Shown: piece after piece, positions 10,532-20,699 of the stretch
How the letters are laid out: each line of letters begins with the position of its first letter
How positions within the stretch are numbered: position 1 is the first letter of the stretch
Source of the DNA: a virus
Lineage: Duplodnaviria > Caudoviricetes
Reading direction: 5' to 3' (one strand)
IMG/VR virus record: IMGVR_UViG_3300025809_001850
Length of the DNA: 64,000 bases
Position numbers and translations under genes: made by a program
The notes under the pieces: model-generated
What the model was told of the DNA's origin: nothing
Databases searched by the model: none
What the model saw: only the letters and a program-made list of their open reading frames with translations

Positions 10532-11249
10532 TTTACACATCTGCTTTTGTGGTGATGAATCTGTCGTAAATAAATACACTACGGTTATTAACTCCATCCA
10601 AAAAAAGAATTCGCACCATACTATTAATATTCATTTTATCCGTCCGTTTGATTCATGTGAAGATTACGAAGAATTAAAAAAACACGTTGCTTCATTTGAC
10701 AATCTTAACTTATTTGAATATCATAAAACTTGGGAAAGTAATTATAATGGAATGGAACATATAGAAAGTTCTGCTACAATGATAAGATTGTATATTCCTG
10801 AATTACTAAATGTTGACAAAGTAATTTATTTGGACATGGATTTAATTGTAAACATGGATTTACAAACATTATACGAAATAGATTGTGAAGAACATGGAAT
10901 TGCGATGGCAAATCATATGGACACACCGAGACGTGATAGAAGAAGATTAGGTTTGGGAAAAAAATTATCGGGTAATGCAGGTGTAATGGTGCTTGATTTA
11001 AATCGTCTTCGTGAAAATGATTTTACAAACAAGTGCTTAGAATATAATAAAACACACGGAGGCAATGACCAATGTGCAATCAACTGGTATTGTCGTGGAA
11101 CACACAAAATACTTGAAGTAAAGTATAATTTATTTTACGCAGATAATGGTTATTTGATAAATACCTTAGAAGATTATATTTTCCACTGGGCAGGTCCATA
11201 TAAACCTTGGCATGATAAAATTGACAAATATGATTTTTTGTGGGAATAA
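10524..11249 (+). CDS. glycosyltransferase family 8
   Basis: TMIRLYIPELL, VIYLDMDLIV, NAGVMVLDL, NDQ, HWAGPYKPW. Confidence 0.85.
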   Translation: MGNLHICFCGDESVVNKYTTVINSIQKKNSHHTINIHFIRPFDSCEDYEELKKHVASFDNLNLFEYHKTWESNYNGMEHIESSATMIRLYIPELLNVDKVIYLDMDLIVNMDLQTLYEIDCEEHGIAMANHMDTPRRDRRRLGLGKKLSGNAGVMVLDLNRLRENDFTNKCLEYNKTHGGNDQCAINWYCRGTHKILEVKYNLFYADNGYLINTLEDYIFHWAGPYKPWHDKIDKYDFLWE

Positions 11250-11286
11250 ATTATAAAAATAAATATTTATAAAAAAGGAGAATTTT

Positions 11287-11907
11287 ATGAGTGATAAAAA
11301 TGAAAATATGGTATTGATTATTGGTGATTCAATTGCAAGGCATTACTATCCGTTTGCCGAAGAACATCTTAAAAATAAAAACGTAGAAGCAGTAACATCA
11401 GTAAAATGGGTGTCGTGCCAATGGAAGCAACTGAGATTTCTTGAAAAAAATTGCAAACCAAAACGTCGTGGGTGTGATATTCCGGCTGCTTATTGTCATT
11501 TTAATTTTGGATTGCATAGTATTAAACTTCCAAGCAAGGGACATGATCCAGAACATCAACGTGCAAAACCTGAAGAATTTGAAATTTATGAAAAAGAGTT
11601 GGTAGAGCAAATTGAAACTTTGTGGAGTTATTCAATAAAACCATTATTTTCAAATACTACACCAAATCCAAAAAATGCCGCCACTCGCAATGATGCGGAT
11701 GTTGCGATACTCAATGAGATTGCTAAAAAGGTATGTAACGAAAAGGGTATACCACACAATGATTTATATTCATTCGTAAAATCTCAAGAAGATTATCCAA
11801 GATTGTATTTACATCCACGTGCAGAAAATAATTGTCACTTTGATACACACGGAAGAAACATTATTGGTGAAAACATTGCGGAATTTATATTGGATAACAT
11901 GGAGTAA
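11287..11907 (+). CDS. SGNH/GDSL hydrolase (esterase or acyltransferase)
   Basis: Block I LIIGDSI, FNFGLH, terminal NNCHF His motif. Confidence 0.7.
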   Translation: MSDKNENMVLIIGDSIARHYYPFAEEHLKNKNVEAVTSVKWVSCQWKQLRFLEKNCKPKRRGCDIPAAYCHFNFGLHSIKLPSKGHDPEHQRAKPEEFEIYEKELVEQIETLWSYSIKPLFSNTTPNPKNAATRNDADVAILNEIAKKVCNEKGIPHNDLYSFVKSQEDYPRLYLHPRAENNCHFDTHGRNIIGENIAEFILDNME

Positions 11908-11911
11908 TTTC

Positions 11912-12592
11912 TTGGAAAAGAAAATTATATTTGTAGGTTTTAATAAAACTGCAACGACAAGTATTCATTCTACACTTAAACAAAATGGTATAGATAGCAA
12001 GCACCGTGCGGGTGTTTGGCGTTTCAAGAACCGATACAATAAACTGAAACAAGTTGTGACAAGAAGAGATGCCGTGAGTGACTGGGGTGACACTCATGTT
12101 TCAATTGAAGTTCTTTTGAGATTAAATTCTGACTTTGACAATTTATTGTTTGTGTTGAATACACGGAATTTAGAAAACTGGATCAAGTCAAGATTTAAGC
12201 ATTATTATTTTAATAAGTCGTGGGATTTTGATAATAGAGAAGTCGGTCTTGATGATATATGTTTAGAAAATGCTCAAAAATTTATACGTCACCGCAATGA
12301 GTTTTATCTTAAATGTTGTGAGTCGTTTGATAAAAATAATTTCATTCTACTTGATATTGATAAAGATAATTTTTATGACCACATATCTTCCAAAATCAAT
12401 TTAAAATTAAATAAGATAGATTCTAGGAAAAATGTAAGACCCATATCAAAACTTGATCAAAATTTTAGTGAAAAATACAATAAAGTTAAAAATGAACTGT
12501 TGGAACACTACAATGAAGTAACATTAAATAATGTGCTTACTACAAACGACTGCACCAATCAAAAACTAATGCAGTTTGAAAATAATATATAA
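11912..12592 (+). CDS. sulfotransferase family protein (Sulfotransfer_4/P-loop-like)
   Basis: FVGFNKTATTSI (5'-PSB), FVLNTRNLENWIKS (3'-PB); TTG start at 11912 preceded by GGAG. Confidence 0.65.
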   Translation: MEKKIIFVGFNKTATTSIHSTLKQNGIDSKHRAGVWRFKNRYNKLKQVVTRRDAVSDWGDTHVSIEVLLRLNSDFDNLLFVLNTRNLENWIKSRFKHYYFNKSWDFDNREVGLDDICLENAQKFIRHRNEFYLKCCESFDKNNFILLDIDKDNFYDHISSKINLKLNKIDSRKNVRPISKLDQNFSEKYNKVKNELLEHYNEVTLNNVLTTNDCTNQKLMQFENNI

Positions 12593-13276
12593 ATGAAACA
12601 GAATTTAATAAATGATTTGATTGATAAATTTGTATTGCTTAAAACAAATAGTGATTATCGTGTGTACGATTTGGTAACTCGGTACGGTGCCAGGTGGAGA
12701 GAAAGTAAACACGAAATAAAAACAAATCCAATTTATTCAGATACAATATTATTTAAGTATTTTAAAAGACGGGGTAAACGTGGCAAACTTGATATAAATT
12801 TATTATTGAATACAATAATAGAACATAGAGATGAAAAAAAATATAAAATACCAAATGAAGACGAGTTGGTATTTCACTTGAGATTGGGTGATCATGCGTA
12901 TCATAATAACTTTTTATCCAAAGATTATGTTGGTTTAATAAAAAACATAGTAAAAGATAATAATATAAGAAAAATAACCTTTGTCGGAGCATTTGCTTAT
13001 CAGGTGTGGTCAGAAGATACAATGAACATTAAACCTAAAGATTGTCCTACTTGGGAGTACACCGATGAAATACAACAAAGAAACATAAATGGATTAAGAC
13101 GGGTATTTGGGGATATTTTAGACAATTTTGATTTACCGATTGAAATATATTCAAATTTAGATATTGATAAAGATATATGCTATTGTGTATCTGCGAAGCA
13201 TTTTATATGTGATGTTGGAAATTTAGGAGGTTTGATGAAAAAACTAGGGATTTTAAATCAGGAAAATACAAAGTGA
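12593..13276 (+). CDS. fucosyltransferase-like protein
   Basis: LVFHLRLGD donor-binding motif; short. Confidence 0.45.
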   Translation: MKQNLINDLIDKFVLLKTNSDYRVYDLVTRYGARWRESKHEIKTNPIYSDTILFKYFKRRGKRGKLDINLLLNTIIEHRDEKKYKIPNEDELVFHLRLGDHAYHNNFLSKDYVGLIKNIVKDNNIRKITFVGAFAYQVWSEDTMNIKPKDCPTWEYTDEIQQRNINGLRRVFGDILDNFDLPIEIYSNLDIDKDICYCVSAKHFICDVGNLGGLMKKLGILNQENTK

Positions 13277-14598
13277 GCAATCAGAATCCATTTGATTATT
13301 TCGATAAAATAGTTTGCATTTGTGCTAAGACAGAGTCAACACGATGGAACTCCATTCAAAGTGTTTTTGAAAAACTAAATATTAAAAAAAGAGTTGAAAG
13401 GTTTGACGAAGTAATAGATTCCGATAAATTAAAAAACGAATTCAACTCCGATGAATTTAGTAAAACTGATTATTGTCATTACAAAATAATTGAAACTGCT
13501 AAAAAAGAAAAATTAAATAACATTTTTATATTTGAAAGTGATGTTGAAATAAATGAAGATTTAGTGGATATAGAACTTTCTATTTCTCAGTTAGAAAACG
13601 TAGATTGGTCTTTATTTTTTCTAGGAGGAGTTCCACATAATGTTTTAAATGTGCATACTGAACATTTATTAAATGGAACAATGTGCCAGGCACATTCATA
13701 TGCGGTTAACGGGAAATATTTTGATGATGTTTTGAATAAATTATTATCAGAGAAAGTTGCAATAGACCAAGTATATAAACGAGATCAAAAAAATGAAATA
13801 GGTGAAAAGTCTTATTTCTCAGGCAAATGTTTTTTCGTACAAAAATTAGACGAAGATATTCCGAGAGCAGAACTTCCTCATAGAAAACTAATATCTGAGT
13901 TTAAGTACAATTCTATCGTCAAAGATGTAATTGATTTATATAATAAAAATATAGCATGGGTAGTTAGTGATACCGGTAAAGGAAAACTTCATAGAATGAT
14001 TCGTAGTAATTTTGTAGAATCATTAAAACGAAATAAAATAAATACTACTCCTGCTTTTGTAAGAATTAAAGATTTACCAGAGAATTATGGAAAACGAAAG
14101 TTTACAATGATACGAGACGAACTTTCACAAAATAAAATTTGCTTTTTTTCAGATACAAAGGTAGTGTTTTTAAAAAACTGCTTAGATGAATTGTTTTCTT
14201 ATTTGAATGAATATGATTTAATAATTATGGCAGATGGTGGTCATTTACCTGCATATGAATTTGAAAAAAATATTTTAAATTTTAATGTATGCATAGCAAA
14301 ACCCACAGATTATATAAAATCATTGTTTTGGCCAAGAGGTTATGGTGAACCGGTTTTAAATGATTTACGTGAAGATGTATCTATTTTTAATGACAAGTTA
14401 AACTATAAAAAGAAATTTACACATAATACTAAAATAAAAATTTTAGATTCATCTGAGTATTGTATGCTAGATTCATATAATGCAAGTGGTGATGAAAAAA
14501 TAATTAACTTTGCAACAGAAGATTTGTTTGATAAGCATCCACGTACTATCATAAAATCATTTAAGCAAGCAAACTGTTGGTTTATCGAGGATGAATGA
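13273..14598 (+). CDS. two-domain glycosyltransferase: GT25-like N-terminus plus nucleotide-diphospho-sugar-transferase-like C-terminus
   Basis: NPFDYFDKIVCI, FIFESDV, FFLGG, AHSYAVN; then ICFFSDTKVVFLKN and NFNVCIAK. Confidence 0.6.
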   Translation: MSNQNPFDYFDKIVCICAKTESTRWNSIQSVFEKLNIKKRVERFDEVIDSDKLKNEFNSDEFSKTDYCHYKIIETAKKEKLNNIFIFESDVEINEDLVDIELSISQLENVDWSLFFLGGVPHNVLNVHTEHLLNGTMCQAHSYAVNGKYFDDVLNKLLSEKVAIDQVYKRDQKNEIGEKSYFSGKCFFVQKLDEDIPRAELPHRKLISEFKYNSIVKDVIDLYNKNIAWVVSDTGKGKLHRMIRSNFVESLKRNKINTTPAFVRIKDLPENYGKRKFTMIRDELSQNKICFFSDTKVVFLKNCLDELFSYLNEYDLIIMADGGHLPAYEFEKNILNFNVCIAKPTDYIKSLFWPRGYGEPVLNDLREDVSIFNDKLNYKKKFTHNTKIKILDSSEYCMLDSYNASGDEKIINFATEDLFDKHPRTIIKSFKQANCWFIEDE

Positions 14599-15298
14599 TT
14601 TTAAAATAATTTCATTTTGTAGTTTTGATTACATTGAAGTTGCAAAGAACTGGGTACAGTATCTATCCAACTATAATATTGAAAATTATGTAATAGTAGC
14701 AATGGACACAGAAACCTACAATCATCTACTAGAGCAAGAAATTAATACAAAACTTGTACATGGAGAAATACTAAAACGGTCGGGAACTGGATGGAAGTTT
14801 CGTTTTCAAACAATGTATGAAATGCTAAAAGATGGAAATATCCTTCATTGTGACTTGGATGCCATTTGGTTAAAAGATGCTCGTAATTTACTTGATGATG
14901 AACATGATATAATTGCATCAAAAGATGACGGTGGGTGGCCACCAAAAGCATACGAACATTTAAATTTCACGATGTGCATGGGTTGGATATTTTTCAGAAG
15001 CAATGATAATGTTAAGAATATATTTGAAAAAATTCTTCAAAAAGAATCTGACTTTGATGATCAGCAAGAATTTAATGAGTATATTGTTGATAATTTAAAA
15101 AGTAACAATATTTATTATAAAAATGAAAACGAGAGAATTTTAAAGGTTGATGATGTAAAAATACGTGTTTTAAATGAAACGGATGTATTTCGTGGAAATT
15201 ACAACGAAGCATCTTATGTTTGTCATCCGTTAATAAAAAAACAAGCAAATAAACAAGTTCAACTGAAAAAGAGAGGACTTTGGTACAATGAGAAATAG
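14591..15298 (+). CDS. nucleotide-diphospho-sugar transferase (GT77-like)
   Basis: VAKNWV..VIVAMD, ILHCDLDAIWLKD, CMGWIFFRS, DDQQEFN. Confidence 0.75.
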   Translation: MNDFKIISFCSFDYIEVAKNWVQYLSNYNIENYVIVAMDTETYNHLLEQEINTKLVHGEILKRSGTGWKFRFQTMYEMLKDGNILHCDLDAIWLKDARNLLDDEHDIIASKDDGGWPPKAYEHLNFTMCMGWIFFRSNDNVKNIFEKILQKESDFDDQQEFNEYIVDNLKSNNIYYKNENERILKVDDVKIRVLNETDVFRGNYNEASYVCHPLIKKQANKQVQLKKRGLWYNEK

Positions 15299-16043
15299 AA
15301 AAAATAAAAAAGATGTAGATTGTGAAATACTAATTGCTATTAATAGTTGCGAAAAAGATCGTGAGCATTTAGAAAAACTTAAATCATCAGAATTTTATGC
15401 AGAACTTGAAAGAAATCCTGATATTGGTATATTTGAGTTTTATCGTGGAAGTGATGAAGTTAAATTTGAAAATCAACAACTTCATTTAACAGGTGAAGAG
15501 CGATATGATAAACTTCATGTAAAAACTTATGATATGATAAAATGGGCAACAAGTAATTTAAGTTTTAATCGTTTGGTGAAACTTGATTGTAATTTTATGT
15601 CTTATAGCCATGTTGGTGAACGCACACGAAAAAAAATATGTGGACTTGATCGTGTAAATCGTGCAATTTTTAAACAAAAATTTGCATCATACTTAGGGTC
15701 AAATGGTCGTGAATTTTTGTTAAGAGATTTTCGTGCATGGTCAAAACAAAAAGGAATTGTGACGCAACTCGATGAACCAACATGGTTGACTGATGGAATT
15801 TGGTATTTTTGCGGAAAGTGCTATCGTGTTAGCTATGAGTTTGCAAAGTTTATCGCAGAGCAAGACGTATGTGTTGAAATGTTAAAACAGCATGATGTTA
15901 AAAATATTCTTGGCCATCATCCGTTCGCAATTGAGGATGTAATGATTGGCAGAATGCACAGTGCATATGAAGAGCATATTAAAGCACTCACAGAACTCGA
16001 AGAAAATTCTGCCGATGAAACAATACATAATAACAGAACGTGA
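15288..16043 (+). CDS. GT31-like glycosyltransferase
   Basis: YDKLHVKT, LVKLDCN, YFCGKCY, EDVMIG. Confidence 0.45.
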   Translation: MRNRKNKKDVDCEILIAINSCEKDREHLEKLKSSEFYAELERNPDIGIFEFYRGSDEVKFENQQLHLTGEERYDKLHVKTYDMIKWATSNLSFNRLVKLDCNFMSYSHVGERTRKKICGLDRVNRAIFKQKFASYLGSNGREFLLRDFRAWSKQKGIVTQLDEPTWLTDGIWYFCGKCYRVSYEFAKFIAEQDVCVEMLKQHDVKNILGHHPFAIEDVMIGRMHSAYEEHIKALTELEENSADETIHNNRT

Positions 16044-17016
16044 CGTAGGCCTTGCAAGTTTATTCTTTCAGGTCATCAACGCACTAAATCGTTGTGAAAA
16101 AGAAGAACTTGGAACACCAATCGTTTACTTTAAGAATCAATGTGTTTATTATAATCAAGAAGGTCATCAAAACAAAGACAATGTTTGGGAATATTATTTT
16201 CGTCCTGTTGTAGAAACTGCGGATACTTCGTGCATATCAGAACAAAATAAATTGGAAATTGAAAATGCTTATCTAAATACAGAACCCAAGAAACTAAATA
16301 ATAGTCGTTTCGTTAAGTTGAGTAATCGTAACAAAATGTGTTGTCATTACGGAGATAGAAAACTGGGACACACTATGATTGTTCCTCCACATTTGATTCC
16401 AGAAGTTTATGAAGATGGTCATCGTGAAAAAGCAAATGCAATCATCAACAAATACTTCAAACTTAGAATGTATCTTAACAATAAAATCAACGACTTTTTC
16501 GCAGAAAATTTAGCAGACGCAAAAAAGGTTCTTGGTGTTCATATTCGTGGAACAGATGCACTTGTAAATAATGCGGAAAGATGGAGAAAGACCTTCGATA
16601 TTCAGAATTATATTAACTGCATACGAATATTTATAGACAAGTATGGAGATGAAGGAAAAGTGTTTGTTGCAAGTGATGATGCGAAGTTGTTTAACATCGT
16701 TAAAAACGAATTTAATGATGCTATCGTTGAATATGATACATTTCGTCAAGAAGAGAATGATGTTGGCAAAAGTGGTGATAATACAAAGGGTAATGCTATG
16801 ATGCCAACATATTTATGCGATGACGGAGCAAAAGCAGCTCAAAACGGAGAAGATGCAATTGCTGAAATGTATTTACTAAGCAAGTGCGATTATTTGCTTC
16901 ACAACGCAAGTGGATTTGCTCATGTTGCTTTGTTATTGAATTCAGAAATGAAACACACAGATAGTCAGAGACCGGGTGGCAAAGAAACTTTGAATAAATT
17001 TGAAGAAATTGTATAA
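16015..17016 (+). CDS. NodZ/O-fucosyltransferase-like glycosyltransferase
   Basis: GLASLF, NVWEYYF, LGVHIRGTD, VFVASDD, AEMYLLSKCDYLLH. Confidence 0.75.
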   Translation: MKQYIITERDVGLASLFFQVINALNRCEKEELGTPIVYFKNQCVYYNQEGHQNKDNVWEYYFRPVVETADTSCISEQNKLEIENAYLNTEPKKLNNSRFVKLSNRNKMCCHYGDRKLGHTMIVPPHLIPEVYEDGHREKANAIINKYFKLRMYLNNKINDFFAENLADAKKVLGVHIRGTDALVNNAERWRKTFDIQNYINCIRIFIDKYGDEGKVFVASDDAKLFNIVKNEFNDAIVEYDTFRQEENDVGKSGDNTKGNAMMPTYLCDDGAKAAQNGEDAIAEMYLLSKCDYLLHNASGFAHVALLLNSEMKHTDSQRPGGKETLNKFEEIV

Positions 17017-17786
17017 TGAAAATTGATGTAATAATAGGACACTCAAATACACACGATTCCCGTGATAGGAATCTTAAGTTTATTGTTGCACGATATCAAA
17101 AATTGCTTCCAAGTGCAAAAATAACAATCGTTGAACAAAACACCGAATCGGATTTGTCGGACATCGGAGGAGATGTATCAATTAGACATATATTTAGAAA
17201 AACTCCAGAACCATTTGATTATAGTCGTGGGTATGGATTCAACGAAGGAGCAAAAGTAACTGATGGAGATTATCTTATATTCTCAGACAATGACATTATG
17301 TTGCATGAAGATTTGCTGAAGAATTTTGAGAAACTTGTAAATGGATACGACTTTTTTGTTCCTTCGCAAAAATTTCTTAACATTTCACGTGACGGAACAA
17401 AGAAGGTAATTGCAGGTGACAACCTTGATGAATCTTGGTTGGGAAGAAATCGTCCAAGGGTTGCCGACAATGGTGCAGGGGGAGTCTGTATAATGTCTAG
17501 AAAAGGTTTTTACAAAGTATACGGATGGGAACCGTCAATTGGTTCTTGGTGTCCTGAAGACGAGTTAATGCGAAGCAAAGTAGATACATTTGATTTAAAG
17601 ATAGGAAGATCACCTTACGATATGTATCATCTTGATCACGATACCAAGGCACATAGAAGACTTGCACGAATTAACGACAAAAAACAATGGAAGGGAATGG
17701 TAGAGAGAATATCAGTATTCAAGCAAATGAGCAAACAACAACTTTTAGAACATTATAAGAAAATCGGGGAGACGCATTGTAGATGA
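17016..17786 (+). CDS. GT2/GT7-C-like glycosyltransferase
   Basis: RGYGFNEGA, LIFSDND, GGVCIMS, GWEPSIGSWCPEDE. Confidence 0.75.
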   Translation: MKIDVIIGHSNTHDSRDRNLKFIVARYQKLLPSAKITIVEQNTESDLSDIGGDVSIRHIFRKTPEPFDYSRGYGFNEGAKVTDGDYLIFSDNDIMLHEDLLKNFEKLVNGYDFFVPSQKFLNISRDGTKKVIAGDNLDESWLGRNRPRVADNGAGGVCIMSRKGFYKVYGWEPSIGSWCPEDELMRSKVDTFDLKIGRSPYDMYHLDHDTKAHRRLARINDKKQWKGMVERISVFKQMSKQQLLEHYKKIGETHCR

Positions 17787-18433
17787 AAAATCCATTTAAT
17801 TATTTTGATAAAATAGAAATTATAGCAGAATCTAAACAAGATTACGATATACTTGTTGAAAAATTAAAATTAGATCAAAAAATTTATTTTAGATCACGGA
17901 GTCACAGTGAGAGTGAGACTGATTGTAAAAAAATCATGGAAATACAAAATTGGAATGGTAGACTTGATAGGAGATTTCCTGAGAATTGGTCACTTGGAAG
18001 ATGTCACGACCATGTGAATATATTAAAAGAAGCAAAAAGTGAAAATAGAAGCAATGTATTGGTATTTCAAGTACCGGGATGTGATAATATTGTTGAAAAC
18101 TATAAAGATATTGTAAATTGTGCATTTAACGATTTAAAAAAGATTGAATGGGACATTTTATATCTAGGATGGCATAACCCACATGGTATCAAAAAACTTA
18201 CAAAAAAACATTCTGAATGTTTATTTGAAACATTTCCACATAATAGGTGTGGGGTTGGGGGAAACTATGCGATTTGTTATAATTCAAGTTGCTTTGATAT
18301 TTTAATTGATAAAATAAATCCTTTTAACAGACATCTACACGGTCCGAGAGGATATCTTGATAGATTTTATCGCAAGTCTCCATATTTCAAAAGATTTATG
18401 TTACCAAAAAATACAATGTACAGAAATAAATGA
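17783..18433 (+). CDS. divergent GT25-like protein
   Basis: NPFNYFDKI N-terminus, GRCHDH, WDILYLG, GNYAICYN. Confidence 0.55.
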   Translation: MKNPFNYFDKIEIIAESKQDYDILVEKLKLDQKIYFRSRSHSESETDCKKIMEIQNWNGRLDRRFPENWSLGRCHDHVNILKEAKSENRSNVLVFQVPGCDNIVENYKDIVNCAFNDLKKIEWDILYLGWHNPHGIKKLTKKHSECLFETFPHNRCGVGGNYAICYNSSCFDILIDKINPFNRHLHGPRGYLDRFYRKSPYFKRFMLPKNTMYRNK

Positions 18434-19167
18434 AAATGAATATATTTGATACAGAATGGAATGTTGCATATAATATAGGAGTAAAATGTAATGCCCTCGA
18501 TGTTACTAAAACTGCGGGAGTAAGATATTTTTCAAGTCCTTGGGACAATATGGATACAGTGCGTGGATTAACTCAAACTGCCGATTTGATGGCAAGTGGA
18601 TTTGAGAATTATATGGTTGATATAAACGACTGGACAATATGGTACACAGAACGACAACGACAAATAAGACACAAAGACTATAAATGGTGTTATTATCCTC
18701 ATACGGATTTTCAATGGGTTCATAATTATACAACCGAGGAAGATTACAATAAATGGAAACGAAGTAAAGAGTGTGATTTGAATCCAATATGGAAAGGTTT
18801 TTCTGAAACATATACAAGAAGACAACAACGAATGACATCTATTTTAGAAAGTGAAAATAAAATGCTTCTATTGAGAATTGATATTGATAATCGTCAACTC
18901 AGAAAAATTAGAAATGCAAATAAAACATACCACCTAAACAAATTTATGGAAACTATGACGAAGGCATATCCAAATAAAAATTGGGGATTTCTATATTTGT
19001 ACTGCGATGAAAACAGAAATTTAAGTTGTGATTATGATAATTGTCACTTGGAATGCATTCCACCCGGAAAGTCAGGATACAGAGATAACTGGGTTGTAGA
19101 TAAACTAAAAGAACTTAAACTTTTACCAAGAGACGAAATGAAACCATATGATTTTGAAGAAAAATGA
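18430..19167 (+). CDS. DUF1796-like (putative papain-like) protein
   Basis: NIGVKC..SSPWDN, YPH, RRQQRM..LLLR pattern. Confidence 0.45.
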   Translation: MKMNIFDTEWNVAYNIGVKCNALDVTKTAGVRYFSSPWDNMDTVRGLTQTADLMASGFENYMVDINDWTIWYTERQRQIRHKDYKWCYYPHTDFQWVHNYTTEEDYNKWKRSKECDLNPIWKGFSETYTRRQQRMTSILESENKMLLLRIDIDNRQLRKIRNANKTYHLNKFMETMTKAYPNKNWGFLYLYCDENRNLSCDYDNCHLECIPPGKSGYRDNWVVDKLKELKLLPRDEMKPYDFEEK

Positions 19168-20009
19168 ACTACATTAACATACATTTAAAAGGACTTCTTG
19201 CAAATCAAATGTTTTGTGTATCTGCTTTGTTTGCTTATGCTTGGAAACATAATCTTACACCGATTGTAAAACTCAATCAAATATCCCGTAATCACGATAA
19301 AGGACGAGAATCGTTGCTAAAGGTGTTTCCTAACATTCCTTTTAATGACGATGTAGATTTTAAAATTGAAGAGTTTTTAGAAGAACCAAAGTCACTTGGA
19401 TTTCGTTACCAGGAAATACCGTTTCATCCAAACAAAAATGTTCAAATGCGTGGATTTCGTCAAAGTGAAAAATATTTTGTGGAATACAAAAAGGAAATTC
19501 AAAAAATGTTTGAACCACATCTTGAAGAAAAAGAGTATCTTGAAAGCAAATATGCTGATGTTTTAAAAAATAGTGTGTCACTTCATATTCGCAAAGGTCG
19601 TGATAATGCCGACACATATAGTTCTGCTTATTATTGTTTGTTTGAAGATTTAAACACTTATTATCCGAATGCGATTCGCAAAATTTTGGAACTTGGTAAG
19701 ACAATTGACAACATAGTAATATTTTCAGATGCAGTTGATTGGGTAGAGAAAAATCTTGATTTGTCTGAGTTTGATACAAACATTACTTTTGTTCGTGGTG
19801 AGAAAGATTATATGGATATTCATTTAATGAGTATGTGTGACCACAATGTAATTGCAAACTCAACATTCAGCTGGTGGGGTGCTTGGTTGAATTCAAATGA
19901 GGGAAAGGTTGTTATTGCTCCAACCGAATGGCACCCGTTACATAAGAAACGAAAGTTTAGTGATGAAGATATAATTTGCGAAGATTGGATTCGTGTGGAT
20001 GTGAAGTGA
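19164..20009 (+). CDS. alpha-1,2-fucosyltransferase (GT11)
   Basis: GLLANQMF, GFRQSEKYF, SLHIRKG, IFSD, DIHLMSMCDHNVIANSTFSWWGAWL. Confidence 0.9.
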   Translation: MNYINIHLKGLLANQMFCVSALFAYAWKHNLTPIVKLNQISRNHDKGRESLLKVFPNIPFNDDVDFKIEEFLEEPKSLGFRYQEIPFHPNKNVQMRGFRQSEKYFVEYKKEIQKMFEPHLEEKEYLESKYADVLKNSVSLHIRKGRDNADTYSSAYYCLFEDLNTYYPNAIRKILELGKTIDNIVIFSDAVDWVEKNLDLSEFDTNITFVRGEKDYMDIHLMSMCDHNVIANSTFSWWGAWLNSNEGKVVIAPTEWHPLHKKRKFSDEDIICEDWIRVDVK

Positions 20010-20674
20010 TGTTTTCAAGACAACAAATTTTAGACTACATACAAAATCAGGAAGAAACGGATATATCGTATGTTAAAGTCGGCAATGGTGGTCAGCATCT
20101 TATAGTAAGTTTTGGGCATAACGGTCACACTGGTTTTGCACAAAAAACGAGTCTTGTAGATTTAATGCTTACACGAAATGATTTTGATATATTGTATTTA
20201 AGAAATCATGCAAAGTGGTATCTCGGTGGATTGAAAGGTATTGGAAAAAATATAAACCACACAATTTCGTTTCTTAAAAAACAATTTGCGGAATATGATA
20301 AGATAATATGCTCAGGATTCAGCTCGGGGGGATATGCAAGTATTTTATTTGGAAGTTTGTTGGAAGTGGATTCGGTTATAGTGGTAAATCCACAAACTGA
20401 TTTGCAATTCATACACACATCTTCTCAAACTCATTTAACGAGTTTAGTTAAAAAATGTACGAAAACTTATCAAAAGTATAATAATTTAAATGCTGTTATT
20501 ACAGAAAATGTAAATTATTTTTATTATAGTGCAGGAGATAAAAATTTAAATGGAGACGAAGATTTCGTTTTGCATGGTGATCATCATTACGATAATATCA
20601 AGAATTGTTCATCAGTAACTAGGATTGATAATAAACCTGATGTAAATTTTATTGATAGTTTGTTAAATCAATAA
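20009..20674 (+). CDS. alpha/beta-hydrolase-fold protein
   Basis: Nucleophile elbow SGFSSGGYASILFG; NPQT. Confidence 0.65.
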   Translation: MFSRQQILDYIQNQEETDISYVKVGNGGQHLIVSFGHNGHTGFAQKTSLVDLMLTRNDFDILYLRNHAKWYLGGLKGIGKNINHTISFLKKQFAEYDKIICSGFSSGGYASILFGSLLEVDSVIVVNPQTDLQFIHTSSQTHLTSLVKKCTKTYQKYNNLNAVITENVNYFYYSAGDKNLNGDEDFVLHGDHHYDNIKNCSSVTRIDNKPDVNFIDSLLNQ

Positions 20675-20699
20675 TTACTTGTTTTTATATTTATATTGG

